Part shown: positions 35,346-48,949 of the stretch, one piece after another
Numbering within the stretch: position 1 is the stretch's first letter
Layout of the letters: every line of letters starts with the position of its first letter
Assembly: GCA_030704615.1 (NCBI GenBank)
Contig: CM060733.1
Coordinates: 16,740,001-16,804,000 of the forward strand
Direction: 5' to 3'
Source: Takakia lepidozioides
Lineage: Eukaryota; Plantae; Bryophyta
Length of the DNA stretch: 64,000 nt
The notes under the pieces: model-generated
What the model saw: the letters and a program-made list of their open reading frames with translations, nothing else
What the model was told of the DNA's origin: nothing
Databases searched by the model: none
Position numbers and translations under genes: made by a program

Positions 35346-38300
35346 TTAGAGTTCAGTACGCGATCGTCCTTGGGATTGGCCTCATCATGGGGTCGGGCAA
35401 GCCAAAGCGAAAGCGGAACGGCCCAAAAGATGATGATCCTGGTGAGCCCGATGGGGGCGACGTGTCACCGAAGCGGCCGTTTGAGGAAGCGACGCAGGTT
35501 TCTGAAAGCGAGGCCGCTCAAGAGCGGGAGGAATCCGAGGAGTCGGAGCCCGAGGAATCCGTGAGAGCTCCGACCGACCAACAGATGCCTCCCATGCCGG
35601 CAGCCTTTTGGGAAGGGTTGTTGGCGCAGTTTGGCGGGACGTTGAAAGACGTGTTGAAGGCGGCTAATGCCACTTCCACTAAGGCAAAGTTTAAGGTGAA
35701 GCCTAAGGAACCCGGCACCTTCGAGGGCGTCCGAAATCGGAAGGCACTCAACACCTGGCTCCTGGAGCTAGAGCAGTACTTCCGGGCCAAGTTGAATGAC
35801 GAGGCTCGGTGGAAGTGGCTCCCACCTATTTGAGGGGCTATGCTCAACAATGGTCGCAGAAATGCCTTCACGACCAGGTCCAAGCCCGGAAACCTTGGAC
35901 TGGAGTGGGTTCAAGGAATTGATGAAGAGACAGTTTGTGCCCCTCAACGCGTCTGGCTTGCCGGGACAAGATGAGGAATTTGAAGCAAACAGATGACATT
36001 CGGGGGTATGTCCAGGCTTTCAATGTGCTGTTGCTCGAAGTCGCGGACATGGCAGAACCAGAAATGGTCTTCAACTTTGTGGCGGGACTGGCCCCATGGG
36101 CCAGGCGGAAGTTGGAGGAGAAGCCACCCAAGACTTTGAACGAGGCAATTGAGAGGGCTGAATGTTTCTCGGATGTCCCTAGGGGTGAGAGACAAGGCCG
36201 TACGGAGCTGAACCACAAGAAGACCCCGGCGGGAAGGTGACTCCTCCCGACCGGAAAAGAAGTGGGATAGGCCACGCGACGACAATGGCACGTGGAAATC
36301 GAAGGGATGGCCTTCACACGTCAAGGCGGCACCCGGTGCTTCGAAAGAAGAAGCGGGTGGAGCGGCTTATGGCGGACAAAGGCGACCTTTGATGGAGTGT
36401 GTTTCAATTGCGGGGAGCCCGGGCACATGGCCAAGAAGTGCACAAAACCTCGACAATTGAACATGACTCGGGCAACCACGGAGCTGTCGGAAGATACCAT
36501 CAGTCGCTTGGTGGAAGCGGTGGTCGCCAAGACTTGCAAGGTAGGCAACTATTCTTGTGAGTTGTATCAGGAAACTGGCGCCCTGCGTAAAGGGAGTCAG
36601 TTATTGTTCGTGGATGGGATAATATCCGGAACTTACGTGTCGTTGTTGGTGGACACAGGAGCGTCGCACTCCTTCATGACGCCGGCGGCGGCGCGAAAGT
36701 TGGGACTCTCGACAAGTGACGTGGGGGCCTCTATTGAGATGCGTTCTGCCAAAAGATAACCACAGTTGGCGACAAGGTTGGCGTTTGATGTTCCTCTTCA
36801 ACTGGGAGTTGGGAGGGACGTGAGAACTTCACCATCTCGAGATCAATGGAGTGGATCTCATTTTGGGGATGACCTTTTTGAGCAAATCCGGAGCGGTCAT
36901 AGATGGCCGCAAGAGAGTAGTCACGTGCCATGTGGGAATGGTGGCGAGGTTTTACGAGTGTCGGAAACGCCCAAATCCGTGGGAGGGCGAATAAACCTTC
37001 TGTCAGCAAAGGAGTGGGCCGTGGAGGAGGCACACGAGCCCAATTTTTGCTTTACATTAGAGAAGTGAAAGGAGAAGGCGATGGGGAGCCGAGCCCAGAT
37101 TGGATCAAGGGGATTTTGGAGAATACCAGGATGTGATGCCGGAGGATTTACCAAGCGGCTTGCCACCGCGAAGAGGAGTTGACCACAAGATTGAGGTGAT
37201 ACCGGGATCGGAACCGCCTGCCAAGGCGCCCTACCGGTTGAGCCACAGAGAGTTGGTCGAGCTGAAGACTCAGCTCAAGGATCTAATGTCAAAGGGGTAC
37301 ATCCGGCCGAGTAAGTCACCTTACGGAGCCCCGGTGCTATTTGCAGACAAGAAGGATGGGACGCTGCGGATGTGTGTCGATTACAGGGCTCTGAATAAGG
37401 TGACTATCAAAAACCGGTACCCTTTGCCAAGGATCGACGACCTCTTCGATCGGTTGGCAGGAGCGAAGTATTTCAGCCGGATCGACTTGCGCTCCGGCTA
37501 TCATCAAATTCGGGTGGCGGAAGGAGATGAGGAGAAGACCGTGCAGGACAAGGTATGGTTCATATGAGTTCTTGGTGATGCCTTTTGGGCTCACCAATGC
37601 ACCAGCGACATTTAGCACGCTAATGAACAGCCTTTTCCAGGAGTGGTTGGATGACTTTGTGATCGTGTACATCGACGACATCTTGGTGTACTCGAAAACA
37701 AAGGAATAACACCTGGAGCACCTAAAAGGGTGTTCCAAAAATTGCGAGAAGGGAAGCTGTATGCCAAAGCTTCAAAGTGCGAATTCGGGGTCACAAAAGT
37801 GGAGTTCTGGGGCATGTGATTACACAGGGGGATCAAAATGGATGACAGAAAGGTGAGGGCGATCTTGGACTGGGAGCCTCCGACTTCGGTCCGGGAGTGC
37901 GATCCTTCCTAGGACTCGCCTCCTATTACCGGAAGTATGTGAGAAATTTCGCCAAGATCGCGGGGCCGTTGTCGGACCTTCTGTGTAAATCCAAAGTCTG
38001 GGAATGGAACACATTTTGTGGCCAAGCTTTGCTGAATTGAAGCAGCGGATGGCGGAAGCTCCAGTCTTGAAAATCCCGGAGTTCGATCGTCCATTTGAGA
38101 TTCATACAGATGCGTCGGACTTCGCGATTGGGGGTGTACTTATGCAAGATGGACGTCCAGTGGCTTACGAAAGTAAGAAACTGAATGAAGTGGAGCGACG
38201 GTGGCCGACGCACGAAAAAGATGAAGGCGGTGGTGCATTGCCTCAAGCTTTGGCGCCACTATGTTGGTTCCAACCCAGTGAAGGTGTTCACGGACAATGT

Positions 38301-39737
38301 CACGGTGAAGTATTTTTGCCACGCAGCCCAAGTTGTCCCCAAAACAACTTAGGTGGCAAGATACTTTGGCGGTGTTCGACGTGGATATCCAGTACAAACC
38401 GGGACGAGACAATGGTGGCCGATGCTTTAAGTAGAAAGCAGCAGCTCTTGTTGGTGTACAAGGGCGAGACGGCGCTCCAAAGGAAGATCCGGAAGGCTTG
38501 CCGGAAGGATGAGCTGGCAAAGTCCGCGATGCAGGACTTGAGGATGGGGGTAAATCGCAGTTCCACTTGCAAAATGGACTGCTCCGGTATAAGCAAAAAC
38601 GTCTCTACGTGCCGAGGGAGGGATCAGAGATAGCCTCTTGAGAGAATGCCATGATAGCCCGCTTGCGGGCCACGGCGGAGCCAAGCGCACTGCGGCACTC
38701 TTGAAGAAAGAGTATTTCTGGCCCAAACTGAGGGAGGAGGCAGAGGAGTATGTCAAGACATGCACCACATGCCAACAAAACCGGAGCGAGTACAAAAAGC
38801 AAGCGGGGCTGTTACAACCCTTGCCAATTCCAGAGGGGACTTGGGAAAGCGTCTCGATGGATTTCATGACTGCTATGCCGCTGTCAAAAGGATTCGATGC
38901 AATCATGGTGGTGGTGGATAGGTTCAGTAAAATGGGCCATTTCATCCCCACCAAGGAGACGGCAACGGCGCAGGAGACAGGGCGACTTTACTTCGCCCAC
39001 GTCTTAAAGCATCATGGAGTCCCGAAGGATATTGTCTCGGACCGCGATCCAAAGTTTACGAGTAAATTTTGGAGGGCACTTTGGAAGAAGATGGGGACGA
39101 GGCTGAAGATGAGCACGGCCTTCCGACCTACGACCGACGGCCAAACAGAAAGGGTGAATTCCGTAGTGAAGCAGATCTTGCGGAATTACGTGTCGGCAGA
39201 CCAATCAGACTGGGTGGAACACTTAGACGCGGCAGAGTTCTGTTATAATAACACAGAACACTCCGCAACGGGAGTTTCCCCTTTCGTATTGGTCTATGGA
39301 AAAGCACCTCTGGTGCCGACAAGTTGGGCCGCCCAGGACGTTGAGGAACCGGCAGTAGCGGCGGTACTGGAAGAACGCGAGCGTTTGTTGAAGCTCGCAA
39401 AGTACAATATTGCCAAAGCTAGGAAACGGTATGAAAGGCAGGCGAATCGGAAGCGGAGGGAAGTGAAGTTTGAGGCAGGCACAGAGGTCTGGTTGAACAT
39501 CAAGAATTTCCGACTACCTCCGGAAGTGAGTCCGAAGTTCGTACCTCCGTATGCGGGACCCTTTCGCATTCGGAAGGTTATGAATGAGGATGTGTATGAA
39601 TTGGAGCTGCCGGCAAACAGTAAGGTGCACCCAGTATTCCATGTATCCCTTTTGAAGCCTTACTTCAAAGATGAAGCGCGTCCGAATCGGCATCAAGTGT
39701 TGCGTCCACCACTATGCTGTTGGATCATGAAAATGAA

Positions 39738-39923
39738 TCTGAGTACGAGGTGGAGGCAATACTTAAGTCGAGGAGGTTCAGGAACCGAGAAACGGAGTAT
39801 CTCGTCAAATGGAAGGGCTATCATCATGTGGAGGCATCTTGGGTGCGTGCCTCAGAAATGGGAAACGCATCCGAGGCGGTTGCAGCTTTCGAAGGGCGAC
39901 CTCAAAAGCGGAAGAAGCGTTGA
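39738..39923 (+). other. Integrase chromodomain
   Basis: EYEVEAILKSRRFRNRETEYLVKWKGYHHVEASWVRASEM, with the aromatic residues present. Confidence 0.93.
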
Positions 39924-40826
39924 TGGGGACATCAACCTTGGAGCGTGGGGGAGGAAATGCATGCTTAGCCCGGCTTAGCTAGCTCAGGAATCCAATTGCA
40001 AAAACTTGTATTGTACAAAATTTGCTTAAATGAAATGTTTTCAAAATGTTGTGCTTCCTATTTTTGTTTGGAATGGCGATGCATGGTATGGTTGGCTAGT
40101 GTGTAGAAGGCATGCTAGCTTACAAAAGTGGGAGAGGTAAATTGGGTTAATCGTGTGTTTGCGCAGTGCCGAAATCGGGTGACTCCCATCCAAGGGGCAA
40201 GGAAACTTGCGCCTTCTTTGGGAGTTCACGTGCTAGTGTGCACCTGGCGCGTGCGCGTACTATAACTGCGCTACCGAGGGGGTTGCCTTGTAGTGCGGGC
40301 TAACGCGGAAGCTACGTGCTTCCGTTCACGTACTATAATCGTGTAGCCTCGGGACGAAGTCGTTGTGCGGCTTCGGCGTGTTCCCGTACCTCAGGCTAGC
40401 ATTCCAAGGCGGACCCAATTGTAGTGATTGGGACGCACGGTTGGTTCAAGGTTATCTTCTTAGTCAAAGAGGGTTCCAGGTGAACCCTTGCTCAAGGTGA
40501 TGCCAAAAGCGGCATCATGAGCGATCGCAAGCAATGTTGTTGCAGTAAGGCGATTCGATCCTCGGGAGGATCGTTCCTTGGCCTTGAAGTAGGCCAAGAA
40601 GAGTGCACTGGGAGGAGCTGGAGAGGCTCCACCCTTGGCCGAGACTTGGAGGAAGTCGGCCGAACTAGCTAGTGGAGAGTAGAGTCAAGTGTGGGGTTTG
40701 GTTCTTTGCCATGGGACGCCATGGTACGGAAACAAACTCCTTGATGTGGGACGCCACAACTTGGATGTTCGTTTCTACAAAATGAACAAGTCGATGAGGA
40801 CATCGACTCCCTGTTGGTAGGGTGTG

Positions 40827-41550
40827 TGTCGCGGCCTTTGCCTTGAGGGCAGGGGGGTCGGGACACATGAGGGGTTGCCCCTGTGGTGGGGGCAGCGGCA
40901 GCGATAGGTATGGGGGGCTGAAGCACCCTTGAGTGCCCAAGGCACCCAAGGAGGCGGAGGCGCTCACTAGGTGGAGCCCCGCACACCGAGTTGCGGTGGG
41001 GGTGGCTCCACAAGCGGTGGGGTAGCTTAGCGGGACTTAGTGGGGGTGGCATAGGACTCACCATGGGGGCGGAGACCTCGTGGTGGGAGTCGTGGGGAGT
41101 CTTGGGACTCATCACGGTCCATAGGGGCCGTAGTGAGTGGGCCAAGACTCACCGCGACTCATCACCGGGAGTCGAGGGTTTTCGTGGTGGTTCGCCATAA
41201 AATGGCATGGCTGGTTGTGAAACCCCCGTGGACAGCTACAGAAGTATATATAAGGGGAGTAGTGACCCCGAGAACGGGCAAGCCCGTTTGGTGACCAAAA
41301 ACTAGTGAGTAAGCGAACGAGCCGGAAAGCGACCAAAGAGACTGCCATCTACCGGACTGCCATCTACCAAAGGGAATTCTCCTAGTCCCAAATAGGTGGA
41401 GGGTTTAGTGGGAAGCGAAGGGGACCGTTATGTCCCGGTGAGCAGCCGAAGCTCAAGTTGGCCCGGGCGGCTAGGTTGGGAGTCAGGCGCGCGCATCAAA
41501 GCGAGTAACTATGACTTCAAGGGGAGCTTATCGAAGTGAGGTGCGCGACA
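40827..41550 (+). repeat. 3' LTR (724 bp)
   Basis: TGTCGCGGCC...GTGCGCGACA, preceded by GGTAGGGTGTG and followed by TSD CATGA. Confidence 0.95.
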
Positions 41551-43314
41551 CATGAGGCCCTGAAGCATGCAAGCAAGGCGCGGGTCTTTACCCGCTGGAT
41601 AATCAAAAGTTGTGACGGACCAGCGGACGCTGACGTTAACCGCAACGGTCCACGGTTTGGACCGCTACGCGCGGATCTGCCCCCCGCCACATAGCGGGGG
41701 CGTTTTACCCAGCGAGCAATGCGTCTGCAAATTCCCTTAAAAGGGGTATTCTTACCTTTAGCTATTAGATTCAATTTATACCCCTCTAAGGGTTAAGAGC
41801 CATTATCTAAGGCGCCAGTGGTAGATAAAATCTAGGATTTTGGGAGGACGTAGCCTTGGAGGGAAACATTATTAGGACTCTAAGAGGGAGCCAAGCGGGC
41901 CTGAGGGCAGTGAGTTAGAGGCGGAGACCTCGAGAGACAAGGGCGGAGAGAAAGTACTTTGTCCTAAAAACTCGGCTACAGTGAGCCTTTGTGTCAGAGC
42001 CCAAGGTAGAGGAAGACTTTTTCCACGGAGGGAAAGCGCACCAGCGCCTTAAAATAATGTAAAGGGGTGAAATCTGGCTTGGACCCACCAGTGGTTAATT
42101 TATTATTTACGCATGCATGTTCTGGACTAACGAATGTAGTGGTAACGATGAGCTCTCAGCGAGATTCATTCATCCGATAGGGCCGCGGCAGTTCCCCGCA
42201 GTAGGGAACGGTTTCCGGGTGGTCCTCGGTTCTCATTGGGTTCCCACAAGGTTCCCAAGGGCATATTTAGGCACCAAGGGTATCTTTGGATTCCCCACAT
42301 GATTCCCATATGAGAGGTATTTTTTCCGATTTTCTTAATTTCTTTTATTTTCCAGTATTTCTGATTTACGAAATTGCTTAAATATGATAGATGCACGTGG
42401 TACTCGTTATAACCTGCAGGGTGTTGATTAAACTTATTGAACTTGTTGAGTTGAGGGGCTTAGAACCACCTTATTGAATTGATTGAACCTATTGGATGAC
42501 GATAGGCATTTTGGCCACTCCGTTACTAAAACAAAGTATTTAAGCACTGGGGTAGGAAGCGTTGGCCCTTCCACTTGGAGGTGACTTGAACTCAAGCCCT
42601 CTGCGAAGGAGGGGCAGTGGGAGAGGACGATTTTCCCTCTCCTCCCTAGGCTCGGCAGGTGCCTTGTGAAGGGATTAAAACAGATCCCGGCTATAGGCGG
42701 CTGGGGGGCCAAGGCGGTAGGAATTAGACAATAAAACACAAAGACTTGGAAGACAATTACTGAGTAGATTGTAGGATACCGTAGGACTTAGAAATGCAAA
42801 CTCGCCCTGTGAAGAGGAGTACGTGATTTCTCTTTGCCGATAGGATTTAGATAGTGATCATAGCCACCATGTACGACCACGGAACCCCTGCACTAACCGC
42901 AATCGGGTAGGCGGTTCAGTGAGCCCAACCTATACCGCAACTTATCTCGACCCCCTAGACTACTATGCCGTCACCCTGACCGCGCACGCTCAGGGCTCGT
43001 CATGTGACCACAATAAATTCAATTGGAGTGGATTTTTGGGCCTAAAATATCTAAGAGCGCTCTAGAACATCTGGTTGGATGAAAAATGACACCTACCAAC
43101 CAAGAAGTTTTGAAATCTTTTCTCATCCAAAGATTTTGGATATTCCGTCAGATCAGTTTTTTCTAGTACAAGTAGCTTAGGAGGTGAGTTTGCTCACCAC
43201 TTCACTCTTGTTTTTTATGCTTGTGGTCTCTTGTTAGTTAGTTGCTTGCAAAGCTTTGCCTTATGCAACTTGCTTTGTGAAGTTCGAGTTTTCTTGTGTG
43301 CTTAGAGCTTAGCC

Positions 43315-46266
43315 CACGGGGGGGTCACTATATGTATTTTTTCCATATCACGTGCGTACAAATGTGTATTTATACTAGGCTATATTTTTTTTTAAATCAT
43401 TTTTTTCCACCCTATCTTTAGGTAATATTGTAAAACCCATTGTTTTCTAACACCCTATTTATATATATATTATATATATATATTTTTGCAACAATTAATT
43501 AGACCTTGCCCTGATCGCTGTACATTTCATACGAGACCCTGCACTTGTGCGTTCTATGTGCCAAACGGTGTCGGGGTATGCGAACTTCAGCACATCAAGG
43601 GGGTAGTTTCTCTTCTGCACCATTTCAGTGGTACTGTTTGATGCTGGAACCTACCGTCGTGTCGGAGGTTCTTCCAGAATGAAGGTTCCGGACATGCATC
43701 TGTCATGCAACGGAACACGAGGCTTCGAGAAGTTATCACGGTCTGCCCTGTGCGAATCAGAATCCGAACCAGGTGGGGTGTTCAATTTCCTCTTACAGGA
43801 GCTGAATCTCTCCTCCCCTTCAAGATGTGGAACTCTAGAAACAAGTGGTGTTCCCTGGGCATACATGCTCACCGCCTGTGCTATTTTGCTTGGATCCCCA
43901 GATCTGCTTGCAGCACGCAACATCAACTCCAGTTTGTCCGGACCCTTGCCACAAACCCCACCTCGCAAGAAATCATGGTATCTGGTTTGTTGTTGCAAGG
44001 CACGTATCAGATCATTTGTTGTTGCCACATACAAATCCCGACCTTGTTTCCCAGACTGTTGCAACCATGCATTGTGCACAGTCTCTGCCAAATTGCAAGA
44101 TGGCATGTCCGCCATTTCCTCAATGGACGTGTTCTGCAAAGTGGAAAACCACACTTCAGAACAGTACACAGGGAACAACATAAAGAAAGCAAAGAGAGCC
44201 AAATTTGGAACGTAAATGTATGAATAAAGCAAGCAATAGAAGCCTCGCACCATTGTCATGGCTGCTCCCCACTGTATGTACCGGAAGTGCCAAAACGCCA
44301 GCCAATCTTCCAATGCTCTCATACTCTCAAGCGATGCAGCTCCAGAAGAGAACCACCAGGCACGAATTGTCTGGAACAAAGTGTCCGTCTCCTTCATCGT
44401 TCTAGCATCTTTGCACTCTTTGCACAATTTACGGTGCTGTGTTTGCATCTCTGGTTTGATGTCCGACTTTGTATGTTTCTCCAGAGATTGTGTCCAATGG
44501 AATAGACATGTACGCTCTCTTCCCGACATTGGCACTTTTGGGTCGCCTGATCCGAAGACAATTCGAACAACATTGAAATTTGCCTAAGCACTATCTGCCA
44601 TGAAACCAGCGAAATTTGGAGATGGCACCCCATGGCAGCCCATAACACGTATCAGGAAATTCCACATGAGCTTCTGGGATTCCGTATCCTTGGATTGCAT
44701 GTCACAAACTGCAATTGTCATAATTCGTTGGTACACTGGATCGTACACATGACAAGCCATTGTCGTCCATTTACTCGTTTCACATGATCAAACATAAGAA
44801 AACAATTCTGCAGGTCCCCAGTCTTCTGCATCCGCTTCACGAGGCTAACCCCACTGCCCTCTCCAACAGTGGACATTTTGAAAAGAAATACTTTGATGGC
44901 ACCTTGACCTGGAAAAACATTGTTCTGGATGTAGTCGTACTTGCTCCGTCGTTTCAATTCCAAAATGTTGTCTATGTAGCTTCTGATCCCAGAGCTCATT
45001 CTCAATGCATTGATCTGATGTCGAATGTTAGGTGAACTCAAAGTGGAGAAATGATCCATGACAATGTCCAATGCTGGACCGTCAAGTTTAGTCCCTACAG
45101 AATCCCTTTCACTCAAAATATGGCTTTCCAAGAAGGACTTGCTTGCGCCAAGAGCAATTGCAGATATTGTTGCGGATGGGTTTCTCTCGTACTCCTGTTT
45201 AATCAACCTCGAAACTGTCTCAACACTCTCCCTGTAATCCCCCTTTGAGATAGGATGGTTATGGAAACCGAAATGCACACAAGCTCTTGTCATTGTTTTC
45301 AAACAGTGGACAACATAGTACATTCTTGCTCCACACAGCGCCAGACAGGATGGTACAAGTTTGCAGAATTTGCAAACGAAAGTGTTTGCCGGTGGTGGAG
45401 CAGTCCCAGGCTTAAATGGATTTTCCGCGAGACCCTCCCACTCGCTTTGATTATGAACCCCAAACTGAAGAAAGTGTCTGCAATTCAAATTATCACACCT
45501 AAGGTGTCAATTGCAAACTGTTCTCCTGAAAACAAGTTTGTCTTCATTTTGAATATTGGATGTTTTTGTTCTGCAGCATGGGTGCCCGTCGGTTTTCTTG
45601 TCCATTCCGTGCATCATGCTTGTTATACCTCCAACTCGCGGAGGAGGAGGCAGCTCGAATAGGATATCCCCATCAAAAGTCTCTGGCAGGAACTTCACTG
45701 GCACCTGCTTCAAAGATTCCCAATCGTTAAATTGTCATTTTAAAGAATTGCAAATTTTCAAAGCATATACCCAAATAAGTACTTTCCATATAACATAAGT
45801 CAAATGTCGGACCCAAGAAAAAGTTTAATTTTTCATAGCCACGAACTCATTCAAAGCCGCAACATCACTTGGATTTAAAGAGTATAAGTTTTGAGATGGT
45901 TCAAATGCTAGTCACTGTTGAGATTATGGTATCAACATCAATCGACTGTGTGTAACTGGAATCATATTTGAACTTCAGGTGACCTCTACCTGATTTCATC
46001 CTGATGGATTAGAGCTGGATGAAATATGATAAACTTCACAAGGATGGATACATTAGTATACTGTAGATAAAACTCTTTATTACATTAACTTTTAAAGTAT
46101 AACTCTGGATTTTTGGTGACCTTTTTTTTTAAAAAACTGGGCAAAAAGATATTGCTCTACCATATTTTCTAAGTAAAACTTTTCTAAAATTTACCTCAAA
46201 AAAATAAATCACACCCTATATTTGTTCTCACGTGGTTTTGAAAATACGGGGAATGACCCCCGCAAG
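43315..46266 (-). mobile_element. Mutator-like (MULE) DNA transposon with TIRs and 8-bp TSD
   Basis: GCTTAGCC at 43307-43314 and 46267-46274; the empty site AAGCTTAGCCTAGATG is present in the repeat copy at about 51155. Imperfect ~55-bp TIRs share GGGGGTCA...GTATTTT...CACGTG.G.ACAAAT. Confidence 0.85.
43560..45760 (-). pseudogene. MULE DDE transposase with a GCM-like Cys/His N-terminal domain; frameshifted and 3'-truncated
   Basis: FVCKFC...LCGARMYY...ACVHFGFHNHP; MFDHVKRV; FAGFMADSA; CLFHW (CxxH); SCNLAETVHNAW; probable 117-bp intron at 44134-44250. Confidence 0.8.
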
Positions 46267-48949
46267 GCTTAGCCTAGATGTTTTAGGCAACCTTGGAGGA
46301 AGCAACTAGTGGGTGCTAGAAAGACTAGGGATACCCTAGGTGCCTAGCTTGTAAGGCCAAGTGTCATTTGAAGTGGAAAATGAGAGATTTTCCCTAAAAA
46401 GCGAAGTGTGTGTTTCAACTTGAGAGTGTGACGAGCCCCTAGAGTGAGAAGAGGAGGTAGGAGCAACAAACCGCGTATGAGAGGTGAGTTATACCCCTTC
46501 CCCCTAGGTTTTGGTAGTCCACTTAGCCAAGTGAGAGCATTTTTGAGAGGAGAGAAAAGTCTCTTGGTCCTTTGTCCATTTTTTGCTTTGTATTTTGTGT
46601 TTTGTTTGTTCTTTGTTTGTTGGAGTCTTGTGTCTTAGCCTAGGCTTGGTCCTACTAACAAAGGAGTGGTGGGAGCTTGGGAAAGAGGGGATTTCTAACC
46701 CTCCATAGTGGCCAAGAGGCCCATGGAGTTGTCATTTGCTTTGTTAGTCTTGTTTTTGTCTTGATGTATCAAAATAAAAATAAAAATCTAACCCTAAAAG
46801 ACTAGCCATGCGGTGAGGTCTCTATGTTGGGTGGGTGTTCATTTCATTTGGCCACTAGGCCTTCTTTTTATGTGTGGAGGTAACCAAGAAGCACGGGAAG
46901 CTAGCCAACTAACCCTTGGATAGATGCTTGTTTAGTTGGTGGGAAACCTTTATTGATTTTTATGTTTTTGTTTTGTTTGAAAGCAAGTGAGTGAGGCCTT
47001 GTGTCGTTCAAGCTCACATTGATCTTCAACATTGTCTTGGTAGTTAAGCATTAACCCCCCCCCTTTAGGAGGAGGAATGAGGGAAAGCTAACACCTACTT
47101 TGTGTTTTTTTTAAAGCTTTGTACGGTTGCTGGAAATTTATTTTTTCACTAAAATTAATTTTCAGGCTTATTTTCTAAGTCCTACAAGGCCTCCAAGCCT
47201 AGGAAAGCTTGGGAGGACCTCACTAACATGTGGGCTAGAAGGCTAACCCCATGAGGGTTAAGCCATGATGTGTTTTTTTAGGTGCTATGCTATGTACCAA
47301 GACATGATGATGATGGCGGCCTAAAAAAGAGGCACCCCAAATACATAAGCTTGGCAATAGCCTAAGCTTAGCTATGGTGTATGGGCAGGCTGCCGCCACC
47401 CCAACGCTTTAAGGCGTTCACCTCGATCTGCTCAAGGCGTTTGACGGCCAACTAAGCTGCACAACAGACCACCTAAGCAGGGTCCGCGCCCACCTTTAAT
47501 TTGAATATCTTATTACTGGACCCCGCGGTCCATGAAACGGACTGCAGGGTTGCGACCAGTGGTCCGGGCGGGCAGCCTATGGCGATGTGCCACGCTGCCG
47601 GATCTTGGCTATGGACCAACAGATAAAGGGATCTCTCTTATCCAGCGTTTAACTTTTAAAGGGGGTGTTGGGTATTGAAAAGTAATGGATGGTTAGAGTC
47701 ATGGTCGAACGGGGTTGCCTTAGCATGTTATGTTCTCTGCGGCTAGGCCGGAAATCGGAATAGGATGTTAAGGGTCCCGAGACCATCGTTTTGATATGAC
47801 ATAGGTAGTCAGACGAGAAGACGGCCGCTCGGCTTACACCGAGACACCTTGCCAACAAAAAGCGGACAAAGCTTTTGATAAGGGTAGAAGGGGGTTTTGG
47901 ATGGGAGAGGGAGTCATTTCCGTTGACACCTAGGCTTGCATTGCTCTTAAAGAAGGAGGAGGAACGAATAGTGGATCCACCAAATCATTTTATATAGGGA
48001 CGAGCGTTTTTTGAGGAACGGAGAATAGAGGGATGGTTTAGCCATGTATGGATGAAGACATGATGATGAATCCAAATTTTCATCCATTTACAGGGATGAA
48101 CAGTGGATGAAAAAATAATTTTTCATCCGCTGTTTGAAAAGCCATTCCAGCTCTAGGGGGGGTTTGAGCCTACGACCTAGAGGCTAGGGGGCTATGTATT
48201 AAGGGCCTAGGGGGTTCGGACCCATAGGACCAATTCCCTATGATTCCCTCACCATGAGAATGGTTTTTGGGCAATAAGGAGGGGTTAGTGAATTATCTAG
48301 AGGCCAAGCCATGGGTCATTGGAAACCTTAGATAAATTCTACCTAATGCCTATTTTTCTAAAATTAGTGAATTTCCAGCCTAAGTAATTAATTTAAAAGG
48401 GGTTTTATGCTTAGAAAATGACCAAAAAATAGGAATAGAGGTAATTAAATTTATGATTTTATTTTTATTTCCTAATTAAAGGAGCTTGCCTAGGATAGTA
48501 TTTTTCTCATTTTCTTATTCAAATCTATTGCTAGAAAAGAACCATGAACCCTAGAAATTAGCAGGAATTGGGAAGATTGTCCGGTAAAGCACTTTTCTTC
48601 TAGGTTAGGGTATGCACTCCCCTCCGGATAGCAGGAACCTAGGCAACCCCTTTGCACACACGTGCAATCCGGGGAAACGTGTTTGTGAAGCAACCCTAAC
48701 CTAAGCTGCTTGCCCTTAATGCTTTGCAGAGTCTTCTGGAAACAGTCGCTCCAAACAGAGAGGACCTTCCGGGAAAATCGACAGGCTCCGGGGTGAAGCC
48801 GTGTTAACGCAAATAAAGAAGTCTTGGAAGACAATTAGTTAGGAGTAGATTCCATAGGTCACACGAACGAATTTTGCCCTGCGAGCATAGGAGTTGGACC
48901 CTGTGCCGGTGGGTGGGAGGATTTCCTTTCGTCGACCGCTGACCCTTCG

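Larger units (their letters stand above)
34602..41550 (+). mobile_element. Full-length Ty3/Gypsy chromovirus LTR retrotransposon
   Basis: TG...CA LTRs; CATGA TSD (34597-34601 and 41551-41555); gag CFNCGEPGHMAKKC; PR LVDTGASHSF; [11 protein letters not shown] and YIDD; RH TDASDF; INT HDSPLAGH and SDRD; chromodomain. Confidence 0.97.
43030..48600. repeat. Large dispersed non-coding LTR-like repeat, interrupted by the MULE; second copy at about 50890-53470
   Basis: Collinear shared blocks: TTAGGAGGTGAG(T/C)TTGCTCACCACTTCA, GCTTAGCCTAGATGTTTTAGGCAA, GGAGGTAGGAGCAACAAACC, GTGGCCAAGAGGCCC, CACCGAGACACCTTGC. Family unknown. Confidence 0.75.
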
